From positions 480 through 64,479 of IMG/VR virus record IMGVR_UViG_3300027816_000052: 64,000 bases of DNA. The stretch is one strand, 5' to 3'. The DNA comes from a virus. This document shows, in pieces, positions 8,604 to 18,067 of this stretch. Every line of letters begins with the position of its first letter. Positions within the stretch are counted from its first letter, which is position 1. The notes beneath the pieces were generated by a model, which saw only the letters and a list, made by a program, of their open reading frames with translations, had not been told where the DNA came from and ran no database searches. A program made the translations under genes and the position numbers.

Positions 8604-9113
8604 TTCCAAAATGTCTTTTTTACTTAACTGAGAAAAATGTTCTTTTATTTTTTGCTCAGGACTAATTGGTTTTGGTTTTATTATTTCCTTAATTGTTGAT
8701 TTTTGCTTTGGTTTAGGTACAACAGGTTTTACCGTTTCTTTAACAACTGGTTTTTGTTCTTGTTTAGCAACCTCAACTGTAATTTTTGGTTTGTCGTCAA
8801 TTTGCTCCTGAACGATAACCGCAACCTTTTTATTTGTTTCTACAATATATTCCGAACTCCAAGGTTGGAAAAATACGTCATCAGCAATAACTTCTAATTT
8901 AACAATACCTGTTGATTTTTCAGGTAAAAAGTTTTTTGTTTTCGGTATTGTAACTTCACAGTTACCTCCTTCATAAATAATACCATCAAACATATAATTA
9001 ATTCCCTCAGATTCAACAACTAATCTGACTTTTGAATTAGCTAATGATGTACCATCAACTTGAACGGTACAGCTAAACTTATTGACTTTATCTGTATATA
9101 ATTTATAGCTCAT
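8586..9113 (-). CDS. Hypothetical protein with Lys/Pro-rich C-terminal region
   Basis: 175-aa ORF. KPxxK-rich low-complexity segment. Confidence 0.5.
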   Translation of the reverse strand: MSYKLYTDKVNKFSCTVQVDGTSLANSKVRLVVESEGINYMFDGIIYEGGNCEVTIPKTKNFLPEKSTGIVKLEVIADDVFFQPWSSEYIVETNKKVAVIVQEQIDDKPKITVEVAKQEQKPVVKETVKPVVPKPKQKSTIKEIIKPKPISPEQKIKEHFSQLSKKDILELLKNR

Positions 9114-9115
9114 TT

Positions 9116-9451
9116 TTATTTCTGTTCATTTATAAATATCCCAACTTTTATATTTTTCACTTCAGAAATAAAATTAGCCACGTCTTTTATTGTTACTTTA
9201 ACGTTTTTATTCTTTTGTTTATTTACTCTTTTTTGAAAATTAACGTCTTGAGCGTGAATTTGAACAAATAATTCAATAAGTACTTTTTTTTCCTCTTTAG
9301 ATAATTTTTCTAATTTTTTTCTTATTTGAGATGGCGGACCAGAACCAACCGTCTCAACCACCTTTTTTATAATACAGAAAAACGCCCAAGTTAGCTCAAC
9401 GGTATTCCATTGAACATCAGCATCATTCCATTTATAACAAAAAACACTCAT
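9116..9451 (-). CDS. Hypothetical protein
   Basis: 111-aa ORF immediately upstream of 8586..9113 on the same strand. Confidence 0.5.
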   Translation of the reverse strand: MSVFCYKWNDADVQWNTVELTWAFFCIIKKVVETVGSGPPSQIRKKLEKLSKEEKKVLIELFVQIHAQDVNFQKRVNKQKNKNVKVTIKDVANFISEVKNIKVGIFINEQK

Positions 9452-9548
9452 TTATTTATTTTGTATTTAAAAAGACTAAATTTAAAACTAATAAAGTTAA
9501 ACATAGGTGTATATTTATAATAAATACACAAATATTGAATAGTAAATA

Positions 9549-10262
9549 ATGTCAGATATATCGAATCTTCTTGTTAAAGATACATATGACTATGTTCTTC
9601 AATCTGACATTGTTACAGGTGTAGTATATAGAATTGGTGGTGCGGTACCCGTAAATCCTATATTTTCATCTGGTGCTACCTTTTTACAATCTTTAAGATA
9701 TTCTGACGGAACAGAACAAAGTGGTTATGTTTTAACTTCAGATGTTAATGGTAATGCGTTTTGGGGTCCGGTATCTGGGGCAAGTTCAGGTAATTTTTTA
9801 AATCTAAGTGGCGGTACTGTAAGTGGATTAACAATATTCCAAAGCGGATTAACAACAAATTCATTTACAGCAACAACATTTACTTTTAATAATGGAAATC
9901 AACAAAATGGCTATATTTTAACATCAGATATTAATGGCAATTCTGATTGGAAACCTAGTGGTGCAATAACCGGTATTACTTTATCAGGTAATACATTATT
10001 AATATATAATAATTCAGGTCAAACTATAAGTACTAATGGGTTTATACAAAAATTTGCAATAGATATTGGTGATAGCTCCGCAAATACAATAACAATAAAT
10101 CATAATTTTAATAGTCGAGATATACAAGTTGAGGTTTATAGAAATACTAGTCCTTGGGATACAGTATTTTGTGATATTACTCGTTTAACCGTGAATTCGG
10201 TTAATTTAACTTTTGCAAATCCTCCGGGTATAAATGAATATAGAGTTGTTATAATTAGTTAA
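9549..10262 (+). CDS. Tail-fibre-like protein, paralog A
   Basis: 237 aa, Gly/Ser/Thr/Asn-rich. C-terminal block VEVYRN..PWDTVFCDITRL...LTFANPP..NEYRVVIIS is shared with 10274..10711. Confidence 0.55.
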   Translation: MSDISNLLVKDTYDYVLQSDIVTGVVYRIGGAVPVNPIFSSGATFLQSLRYSDGTEQSGYVLTSDVNGNAFWGPVSGASSGNFLNLSGGTVSGLTIFQSGLTTNSFTATTFTFNNGNQQNGYILTSDINGNSDWKPSGAITGITLSGNTLLIYNNSGQTISTNGFIQKFAIDIGDSSANTITINHNFNSRDIQVEVYRNTSPWDTVFCDITRLTVNSVNLTFANPPGINEYRVVIIS

Positions 10263-10273
10263 TATATATTAAT

Positions 10274-10711
10274 ATGGCAACAACAGAACTTAAAATAGGT
10301 AATCTTGGTGATATTCAAATACAAACCGGAAAAGGTAATCCGAATCATAGTTCATACCCCGGAACGGTTTATTTAGATAAAACTACTGGATTCTTATATA
10401 AAGGAATTAGTGGTACGACTTGGCAATATATTGGTTCCACATATTCTTATTTAATTTATGATTTTTCTGGTGCAACAACAAGTGGTGGTACAGTAAATAA
10501 ATATGTACAAAATATTGGTGATAATATATCTACAACAATAAATGTAAATCACGGATTAAATTCAGAAGATGTTTTGGTTGAGGTTTATAGAAATGGAGTA
10601 CCTAAGGACACAATTTTTTGTGATATAGAAAGAGTTGATGCAAACAATATTCAATTACTTTTTGCAAACCCCCCAACAACAAATGAATATCGTGTGATAA
10701 TTATATCATAA
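10274..10711 (+). CDS. Tail-fibre-like protein, paralog B
   Basis: 145 aa. C-terminal block VEVYRNGVPKDTIFCDIERV...LLFANPPTTNEYRVIIIS closely matches 9549..10262. Confidence 0.55.
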   Translation: MATTELKIGNLGDIQIQTGKGNPNHSSYPGTVYLDKTTGFLYKGISGTTWQYIGSTYSYLIYDFSGATTSGGTVNKYVQNIGDNISTTINVNHGLNSEDVLVEVYRNGVPKDTIFCDIERVDANNIQLLFANPPTTNEYRVIIIS

Positions 10712-10721
10712 TACATAATAT

Positions 10722-13076
10722 ATGCCAAAATTTTTAAAAGAAATAACATTTAGTGGTCAATCAACACCATCAATACCAGATCCCGGTTATGGTTCATTAT
10801 ATATTGATGGATTAACTAATTTATTATATTATATTGATGATGCTGGTGTTACATATAACTTAACGTCAGGTGGAACAGATACTTATGCTACAGGTTTTAC
10901 ATACAATAATGCAAATACGTTAACAATTCAACAAAATAACGCTCAACCTGATTTAACCGCATCAATAAACGTAATGACCGGATTAACAGTTAATGGTAAC
11001 TTATCAGCAACAACAATTGACACTGAATATATTGATTTCTTACCACTAACCGCTAGACCAGCACATTCAGAAGCAAGAATTTATTGGTATGATGATGAAA
11101 ATACCCTTGAACTTCAAACAGAAAATAATGATTTTAATATTGAAGTTGGTCATCAAACCGTTGTTAGAGTTAGAAATACAACCGGTGGTCCCTTAACAAA
11201 AGGGAGACTTGTCTACATTAATGGTGGTTCAGGAAATAATCCGACAGTAACTTTAGCAAGTTATGAAAATGATTTAAATAGTGCAAGAACATTAGGTTTT
11301 CTTGGTACAAATATAAATGATAATCAATTTGGATACGTAATTACAAATGGTATGTTACGTAATGTGAATACCTCAGCTTATTCTACTGGTACACAGTTAT
11401 ATCTATGGTCTGCTGGTACATATTCAAATCAAATTCCCGAAGCACCATTACACGAAGTAAGAGTTGGTATCGTAATTAGACAAAGTGCAACTGTTGGTAT
11501 TATTTTCGTTGCAATAATGAATGGTTATGAGTTAGGTGAACTTCACGATGTTTTAATTTCTGGTTTAACAAATAACGATTTATTACATTATAATTCCTCA
11601 TTAAGTGCTTGGACTAATACACAAAATATACAAATAAATTCTATTTCAGCAACAACTTATCAGAATTTACCAACTGATATTAGAGTAACTGGTGGAACAT
11701 ATTCTGATGGTTCTGCAACATTTACAAATAATACTGGGGGAACATTTACTGTTAGTGGATTCCAAAATTGGAAATGGTATGCTGAAAATACAACTGCACC
11801 AATTGTTCCCCCACAAGCAAACGGAAGTGGTTCAATTGCATTAGGTGATAATGCTTGTGCTAGAGGTGATAATATGTTTGTTTATGGTAACTGTGCTGGT
11901 ATTGGTTCAGTTGTTACAGATAATTCAAATTTCTTAGGTCATAATGCAGGAACAAATTCAGCATATGGATTTAGTTCAAATTTCTTTGGTTGTAAAGCTG
12001 GTAAAGATGCTACATTAGCTAATAATTCAAATTTCTTAGGAGAAAATGCAGGTAATTTAGCAACAAATGCTGATAATTCAAATTTCTTAGGTACAAACTC
12101 AGGTTATTTAGCTACATCAGCTTGTCATTCTAACTTTATTGGTCGTAATGCTGGTTGTAACGCAAAAGGTGCAAATAATTCTAACTTTATTGGTGAAAAT
12201 GCTGGACGTGAAGCTGATTTTGCAACTTATTCAAATTTATTTGGATATAATGCTGGTGCAACATTTGGTTCTAATGTTATTAAAGAAAATAATATTATTA
12301 TTGGTACAAATATTTCATTACCAAATGGTGCAATAAATTCATTAAATATTGGTGCTACAATATTTGGTACTGATTTATATGGTAATACAATTGGAGACCC
12401 CTCTATTACAGTTCAATCTTCAGGTAGAATCGGTATTGGTGTTCTTAATCCAACAACCACATTACACATATCAGGAGCAACCAATCCTTTAAGGATTGAG
12501 GGTTTATTAACATCGGCAAATACTGAATATCTTACAATCAGTCCAACAGGTGTTGTAACAAAAACATCCGGTGCAACTGGGGTTGATACATTTACAACGG
12601 GATTTACTTATTCAAGTAACACGTTCTCAATTTTTAGAAATCAGGGACTCCCAAATCTAACTGCAACAATTAATTCTGTTACCGGATTAACATCTACAGG
12701 AACAATTTCATCAAGTATTATTTCAGCAACAACTTATCAGAATTTACCATATGGTTTAGCTGGGATTAATAATCAAACAGTTACAGCATATACGTTTACT
12801 TTATTGGATTCTGGTTATTTAGTAACATTTAGTTCATCAACCTCTGTCCTAGCAACTATACCAACAAATATATCAGCACCGTTAGCAATTGGATCTCAAA
12901 TTATGCTATCCCAACTTGGCTCCGGACAATTAAGAATTACTGGTGATACGGGTGTTACTTTATATTCTTACGGAAATGCATATAATTTAGTCGGACAATA
13001 TTCTACAGCATTTTTAACTAAACAAGGAACAAATACTTGGATTTTAGATGGAAATTTAACAACTTTAAATTTATAA
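10722..13076 (+). CDS. Tail fibre protein
   Basis: 784 aa, rich in G/S/T/N. Internal repeats (ISATTYQNLP twice; repeated NSNF[LI]G..AG motif). Follows the smaller fibre paralogs. Confidence 0.65.
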   Translation: MPKFLKEITFSGQSTPSIPDPGYGSLYIDGLTNLLYYIDDAGVTYNLTSGGTDTYATGFTYNNANTLTIQQNNAQPDLTASINVMTGLTVNGNLSATTIDTEYIDFLPLTARPAHSEARIYWYDDENTLELQTENNDFNIEVGHQTVVRVRNTTGGPLTKGRLVYINGGSGNNPTVTLASYENDLNSARTLGFLGTNINDNQFGYVITNGMLRNVNTSAYSTGTQLYLWSAGTYSNQIPEAPLHEVRVGIVIRQSATVGIIFVAIMNGYELGELHDVLISGLTNNDLLHYNSSLSAWTNTQNIQINSISATTYQNLPTDIRVTGGTYSDGSATFTNNTGGTFTVSGFQNWKWYAENTTAPIVPPQANGSGSIALGDNACARGDNMFVYGNCAGIGSVVTDNSNFLGHNAGTNSAYGFSSNFFGCKAGKDATLANNSNFLGENAGNLATNADNSNFLGTNSGYLATSACHSNFIGRNAGCNAKGANNSNFIGENAGREADFATYSNLFGYNAGATFGSNVIKENNIIIGTNISLPNGAINSLNIGATIFGTDLYGNTIGDPSITVQSSGRIGIGVLNPTTTLHISGATNPLRIEGLLTSANTEYLTISPTGVVTKTSGATGVDTFTTGFTYSSNTFSIFRNQGLPNLTATINSVTGLTSTGTISSSIISATTYQNLPYGLAGINNQTVTAYTFTLLDSGYLVTFSSSTSVLATIPTNISAPLAIGSQIMLSQLGSGQLRITGDTGVTLYSYGNAYNLVGQYSTAFLTKQGTNTWILDGNLTTLNL

Positions 13077-13079
13077 ATA

Positions 13080-14003
13080 ATGTCAATATTTAGTTACGGA
13101 AATAGATATGCAAACATACCTCTTACAATAATAAGGGAGTATACTGGAGATACTACTTGGAATAAACCAGATGGGATTAAAGAAATTTTGGTTATATGTG
13201 TTGGCGCTGGTGGTGGTGGAGGCGGAGCCGGTCAGCGGAACGGTGCTGCTACTGGAGCATCAGGTGGTGGCGGAGGAATGGTCGGATGGCTTCGCATTGA
13301 CGCTACTAGCCTTGGATTAACAGAAACCATTGTAATCGGAGCGGGTGGAAATGGCGGTAGTGGAGGCACTGGAGCAGCAAGTGCTGGTGCAAATGGTGGT
13401 GCTGGTGGTACAACGTCATTCGGGTCATTTATCAGCGCAGGTGGTGGTTCAGGAGGATTGCGTGGTGAATCAACAGGTACTATTGCTGGTGGTGCTGGTG
13501 GAACTATTGCAAGTGTTCGATTTTTTCTTCCGGGTGCTGCTGGTGGACAAGCAATAACCAACAATATCGGCTCACCCGGATTGAGTGGTTGGGGACAATT
13601 AACATCAGGTGCTGGTGGAGGTGGTGGTGGTGCGTGTTCAAGCGTTACTCCGTTTGCTTGGGCTGCTGGTGCTGGTGGTGGAGTTTTTGATTGGAATGGG
13701 TCAGCATGGACTCTTATTTCAGGCCCTTCCGGACCTGCTGCAAGCGCAGGTGCTGGTGGCAATGGTGTGAATGACCAATGCTTGTATCTTCTCCAGTCAT
13801 TCTCACAGATTCCTACCATTGGACTTGGTACGGGAGGTGCTGGTGGATCCGGTCAGAATGGCACAGGATCAGCTACTGGCAACGCTGGCGGCAATGGAGG
13901 ACGTGCGGCTGGTGGAGGAGGCGGCGGCGCTGTGCGATTTGGAACAGGCGGTAATGGAGGAAACGGAGGAAATGGTCTTTGTATTGTAGTTGAATACTAT
14001 TAA
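13080..14003 (+). CDS. Glycine-rich fibre-like protein with a GC-rich gene body
   Basis: 307 aa dominated by GGxGG / GAGG runs. Gene GC is well above the flanks. Antisense and alternate-frame ORFs are artefacts of the GGN repeats. Confidence 0.6.
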   Translation: MSIFSYGNRYANIPLTIIREYTGDTTWNKPDGIKEILVICVGAGGGGGGAGQRNGAATGASGGGGGMVGWLRIDATSLGLTETIVIGAGGNGGSGGTGAASAGANGGAGGTTSFGSFISAGGGSGGLRGESTGTIAGGAGGTIASVRFFLPGAAGGQAITNNIGSPGLSGWGQLTSGAGGGGGGACSSVTPFAWAAGAGGGVFDWNGSAWTLISGPSGPAASAGAGGNGVNDQCLYLLQSFSQIPTIGLGTGGAGGSGQNGTGSATGNAGGNGGRAAGGGGGGAVRFGTGGNGGNGGNGLCIVVEYY

Positions 14004-14020
14004 ATAATAAAATAAAAAAA

Positions 14021-14221
14021 ATGATTTACTCACTTATTATAAGAAATAATATTGTAATAAATAAGACGATAGGAAATGAATTGTTAACAACATACCCATT
14101 TCCTTATGATTTAATAATTCAAGATGTAAATGAAAATGTTTTAATTGATTCAACATACAATCCAGTGAATGGAACATTTACATTAATTGGTGCTCCGTAT
14201 AACAATGAAAATGGAAATTAA
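14021..14221 (+). CDS. Hypothetical small protein
   Basis: 66-aa ORF directly after the Gly-rich gene. Confidence 0.35.
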   Translation: MIYSLIIRNNIVINKTIGNELLTTYPFPYDLIIQDVNENVLIDSTYNPVNGTFTLIGAPYNNENGN

Positions 14222-14567
14222 TAATTTAATAGAAAAAAACCTTATAGATTTGTAAAACAAATAAAAAACTTATAAATTTGTAAAAAAAATAAAAATGGCG
14301 TTTTATAGAGAAAATTTTTCAGATTACGAAGATTTTAATCATGATTTTTCTTCAAGAAAAGGAAAGAAAAATTTTAAAAAAAGAAAAGGAGAAGATTTTG
14401 AAAGAGGTTTTGGTAATAATAAGAAAAAAAATAAACCAAAACGAGGTAATAGAGATTATGATGATTATTAATACTTTATTTATATTTTATTAAAAAAATA
14501 AGACATTTTTTATTTTTCTTTTTATGAATACGTAATCATCACGATATTTATATAAAAAGAAAAATAA

Positions 14568-15314
14568 ATGATAAAAAAATACATTATACTATTTTTAAGT
14601 TTTTTTATACATTTAAAAATAAATGCACAAAATAGTAATTGTTCATTAGCAATACCATTTATTGATAATGATTGTATATTATTTTCGCCCCCAACAGCAG
14701 GACCGATAACAAGATGTTATTCTTTCTATTTAGTGGATGATTCTGTTGATTTTAATTTTGTTTCATTTGCACCACTAAATACTTGTACTGATGCTATTGC
14801 TTGGTATACGTTATATGATTCAAATTGTGATACAATTACCACAAATTTAGACGGTAATTTTCAAAATCTAATAGAAAATTCTAATTATACTATTTGCTAT
14901 ACAATACAATGTCCAACAAATGGTGTAATTAATTTATTATGTACATATGAATTAATTGTTTTACCAATAGAGTTATTATATTTTAATGCTCGTATTGAAT
15001 ATAACAACATAAGATTAATATGGGAAACAACTACCGAAACAAATAATTGTTGTTTTACACTATACCACTCAACTGATTTTGTAAATTGGTTGAGTATCGG
15101 TAGAGTAGACGGTGCTGGTAATTCAATAACACCGCTATCATATAGTTTTATTTTTAATAATCCAAGTAATGGTGTAAATTATTTTAAATTAATTCAAGAA
15201 GATTTTGATGGTAAACGCACTGAGTTTAATATTTTAGCGATTCCTTTTATAAAAAAAACCAAACCAAACGATATATTTCAAAAATACAATATATTAGGTC
15301 AACAAATTAAATAA
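14568..15314 (+). CDS. Secreted hypothetical protein with signal peptide
   Basis: 248 aa. N-terminus MIKKYIILFLSFFIHLKINAQ is signal-peptide-like. Cys-rich mature part. Confidence 0.55.
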   Translation: MIKKYIILFLSFFIHLKINAQNSNCSLAIPFIDNDCILFSPPTAGPITRCYSFYLVDDSVDFNFVSFAPLNTCTDAIAWYTLYDSNCDTITTNLDGNFQNLIENSNYTICYTIQCPTNGVINLLCTYELIVLPIELLYFNARIEYNNIRLIWETTTETNNCCFTLYHSTDFVNWLSIGRVDGAGNSITPLSYSFIFNNPSNGVNYFKLIQEDFDGKRTEFNILAIPFIKKTKPNDIFQKYNILGQQIK

Positions 15315-15329
15315 TAAAAACCACCAACC

Positions 15330-15947
15330 ATGAACAAAGTTTTATTAATATTTTTAATGTTATTATCAGTCAATGTTTTTTCACAAAATATTGTTAATGC
15401 TAAAATAACACAAATAACATCATCATATATTGATGTTACGTTATATCCCTCAATTTATGAAACTTCTGTATTATCCAATGTTGTATTTACTCTAAAATGG
15501 GAAAATAAACAAAATATATCTTTTGGTGAGCCGCAATTAGATAATTCATTAATTGTTAAAAAATCAGGACCGGTTTTAACAAATGACACTTGGAAATATC
15601 AAATATTTTGCGGATTTAGTTTTGTTATTACAAATATTGGTCAACCAATTATAATTCGCATACCAAAATCCGGAAACGCTAATTTAATAGTAGCAACAGA
15701 TGAATTTGTTAAAAATATTATGGTAAATGGTGATTATTATGTCTCAATTGGTGGACAAGATGTTACGGGTGAAATTTTGGAAGGAAAGTCCATTGAGTTT
15801 GAAGAAACTAATCAACATAAAATGTATTTCGACCAGAGATTTAATAGATTTTTATTTGAGGTAAATGGTGTTTTTTTAACAACTTTAGGTCAGTACATTG
15901 ATGTTCAAGATAAAACAAATTTAATTTTAGTTAAAAAAGTTAACTAG
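15330..15947 (+). CDS. Secreted hypothetical protein with signal peptide
   Basis: 205 aa. N-terminus MNKVLLIFLMLLSVNVFSQ. Confidence 0.55.
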   Translation: MNKVLLIFLMLLSVNVFSQNIVNAKITQITSSYIDVTLYPSIYETSVLSNVVFTLKWENKQNISFGEPQLDNSLIVKKSGPVLTNDTWKYQIFCGFSFVITNIGQPIIIRIPKSGNANLIVATDEFVKNIMVNGDYYVSIGGQDVTGEILEGKSIEFEETNQHKMYFDQRFNRFLFEVNGVFLTTLGQYIDVQDKTNLILVKKVN

Positions 15948-15996
15948 TATTTGTAGCAATCACTTTTTTGTATTATCTTCGCACAAAATAAAAACA

Positions 15997-16179
15997 ATGA
16001 AAGATAAACTTTATAGAACAGATAATTGTATAGTTGGTGGTGTTTGTAGTGGATTGGGTGAATACTTTAATATCGATGAAAATATTATCAGGGTTGCATT
16101 TTTCTTAGCAATCTTCACACCCTTTCCAATCATTATCACATACCTTTTTATGTGGATGCTAGTTCCAAATCAAAGATAA
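15997..16179 (+). CDS. PspC-domain small membrane protein
   Basis: 60 aa. LYRTDNCIVGGVCSGLGEYFNIDENIIRVAFF followed by a TM helix matches the PspC N-terminal domain pattern. Confidence 0.65.
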   Translation: MKDKLYRTDNCIVGGVCSGLGEYFNIDENIIRVAFFLAIFTPFPIIITYLFMWMLVPNQR

Positions 16180-16790
16180 GTTAATAAACTTTGAGCTTCT
16201 TTTTGTAATTTAACTTTAAAGTCTTCTTTAAAGTTATCATTTTCACTTAATTCTACCGGTACTTCGGTAAATGACCAATCTAAAGCTAGTGTTGCAACTA
16301 GATTCTTATCTTTATCAAAGATTGGAACAACAGCATGTGAATTTGTACCATGAGAACGAATAACTGATTTGGTTGCTAAATCATTAACATCATCATAGAC
16401 CGAATAAAAAAATCCATTATTCTCAAGGGCTTGGTGATAATACCAAGAAAAATTACTAACTAAAATATTCTGATATTTTTGTGCTATTGGTTCAAGACCA
16501 TCGGTCATTCTTTCATATGTCATAGATGATTTTTGCATTGAGGAGTTTGTGTAAAAATTACCACCGTTATGAAATTGCGTTATTGTAATTCTATCAGCAT
16601 CATAATTTCTTTTAATTTCTTTTAAAGAGAAGTGAATAATTTCGTCTTTTGCAAATTGTTCGGTTAAATCTTTTTTAGATTTTCTTTCTTTCCGCAAATC
16701 CATAATTTTTTTAAAATAACCAGCGGTTATTAATGCAACTGATATTGAAGTAAAAGCTGTTATTAATGATGTAATTATAGTCGTTCCCAT
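16170..16790 (-). CDS. Membrane-anchored hypothetical protein
   Basis: 206 aa. N-terminal TM helix MGTTIITSLITAFTSISVALITAGYF, then a soluble domain. Confidence 0.55.
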   Translation of the reverse strand: MGTTIITSLITAFTSISVALITAGYFKKIMDLRKERKSKKDLTEQFAKDEIIHFSLKEIKRNYDADRITITQFHNGGNFYTNSSMQKSSMTYERMTDGLEPIAQKYQNILVSNFSWYYHQALENNGFFYSVYDDVNDLATKSVIRSHGTNSHAVVPIFDKDKNLVATLALDWSFTEVPVELSENDNFKEDFKVKLQKEAQSLLTYL

Positions 16791-16882
16791 TCACAAATCT
16801 TTTAATATAAATATATTAAAAATGTAAATAGAAAAAAAAAATACCATCGAATGATGGTATTTATAAAACTTTTTTATTTAAT

Positions 16883-17056
16883 TTAGTTTTTTGTTGTGTC
16901 TACCGCTGTTGTGTCAACAGAAACCATTGTGGTATCAGCAACCATAGCAGAATCAACAGAAACCGCAGTAGTGTCTACAGTAGCGGTTTCTTCTGTTGTT
17001 ACAGGAGTTCCGCATGATGCTAAAACTACTAAAGAACCAAGAACAATTTTTTTCAT
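16883..17056 (-). CDS. Small lipoprotein (57 aa), not in the ORF track; preferred over the antisense ORF 16896..17090
   Basis: Reverse complement reads MKKIVLGSLVVLASCGTPVTTEETATVDTTAVSVDSAMVADTTMVSVDTTAVDTTKN: signal peptide plus lipobox LASC. Confidence 0.5.
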   Translation of the reverse strand: MKKIVLGSLVVLASCGTPVTTEETATVDTTAVSVDSAMVADTTMVSVDTTAVDTTKN

Positions 17057-17167
17057 TTTTTGTTTTTTTATATGTTTATTTGTACAATAATTATCAAAAA
17101 AGATGAAAAAGTCAAATATTTTAAAAATTTTATTTTATTTGTGATATTTATAGTAAAATAATTCATT

Positions 17168-17500
17168 ATGAGTAAAATTGTTAAACTTAAAGAAAGAGAT
17201 TTAACTGAGATAGTTAAACGTGCTTTAATCGGTAAAATGTTTATAGAAGAACAAAAAAAGGAAAAGATTGAAATACCGCAAAATTGTTTTGGCGGTCCAA
17301 AAACAGGTTTAGGTGGTTTAATTTTATTTACAACAATGTTGCAAAAAGAAGCGGATAATGGCGATATGAATAGTGAAAAATTAATTGCTGATATGAAAAC
17401 CTTTTTAAAAGGTATGAATAGAGCAAACCCCGAAATGATTGCAACGTTATTAAAAAAATATAATAAAGAAAAGTACCTGCCTTGGGTGGGTTGTTTTTAA
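17168..17500 (+). CDS. Hypothetical protein sharing the N-terminal module of the LRR-like family
   Basis: 110 aa. N-terminus MSKIVKLKERDLTEIVKRAL parallels MKKIKLTESDLYRIVRKVL of the repeat family. Confidence 0.55.
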   Translation: MSKIVKLKERDLTEIVKRALIGKMFIEEQKKEKIEIPQNCFGGPKTGLGGLILFTTMLQKEADNGDMNSEKLIADMKTFLKGMNRANPEMIATLLKKYNKEKYLPWVGCF

Positions 17501-17540
17501 TATTCTAATCCCGTCGAATTCGAGGGGTTTAAAAGCAAAA

Positions 17541-17566
17541 AGGGTTCACAAAGGAACCCTTTTTAA
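17541..17566 (+). terminator. Rho-independent terminator after 17168..17500
   Basis: AGGGTTC-acaaag-GAACCCT hairpin followed by TTTTT. Confidence 0.6.
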
Positions 17567-18067
17567 TTGGTGGAGATGGAGGGTTTCGAAACCCTCGTCT
17601 TCCGCTGTCAACCTAAAGAGACTACACGCTTAGAACAACATTAGTTCTTAATGTTTCGAAATATCAAGTTTCACTATATACCAACTTGCAAAGGTTTTCT
17701 TTGGTTAATTTTAAGTATCAACCACACTTTTTTTGGAATTTCTGTTGCTAGGTAAATTCCCAAATTACCCCTTGTAGGTGTTAGCCTTAGGCTACAGCTA
17801 CTTCTTCAGTCTTGATGAGACCCAAAACTGACATCTTGTCTAAAACGTTGCCGTTTACTTGTTTGAACCATTTTAACAAGGTTGATTCACCCTTGACGTG
17901 CCTATTTAACCTAATCATCGGAATCAAATCCAACTCATCCCCATATATTTTCAAAGAACAATGCAAAGATAAGAACAAATTTTAAACTGACAAGTACCAA
18001 CCTAAAAATAAATATTTGCATAATAACAAAAGACTTTGTATATTTGTGGTATAAAATATAAAAAAAA

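Noticed and set aside
13069-13082. T4 late-promoter-like TATAAATA immediately upstream of the Gly-rich gene
   Set aside because: The motif overlaps the preceding stop codon and abuts the ATG with no room for a transcript leader or ribosome-binding site. It is probably a chance AT-rich match.
13232-13989. Long ORFs antisense or out of frame within the Gly-rich gene (13232..13819 minus Pro-rich; 13345..13557 and 13771..13989 plus)
   Set aside because: They are mirror images of GGN repeats (CCN gives Pro) and overlap a gene with clear periodic Gly coding. No independent support.
16896-17090. Plus-strand 64-aa ORF from the track
   Set aside because: The opposite strand encodes a textbook signal peptide plus lipobox protein (16883..17056). 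The plus ORF is Thr/Val/Ser-rich as expected for its antisense.
17569-17602. Minus-strand tRNA 3' end (reverse complement …GGGTTTCGAAACCCTCCATCTCCACCA)
   Set aside because: No complementary 5' acceptor within 150 nt. The sequence is a perfect 18-nt palindrome, better explained as a hairpin or bidirectional terminator.
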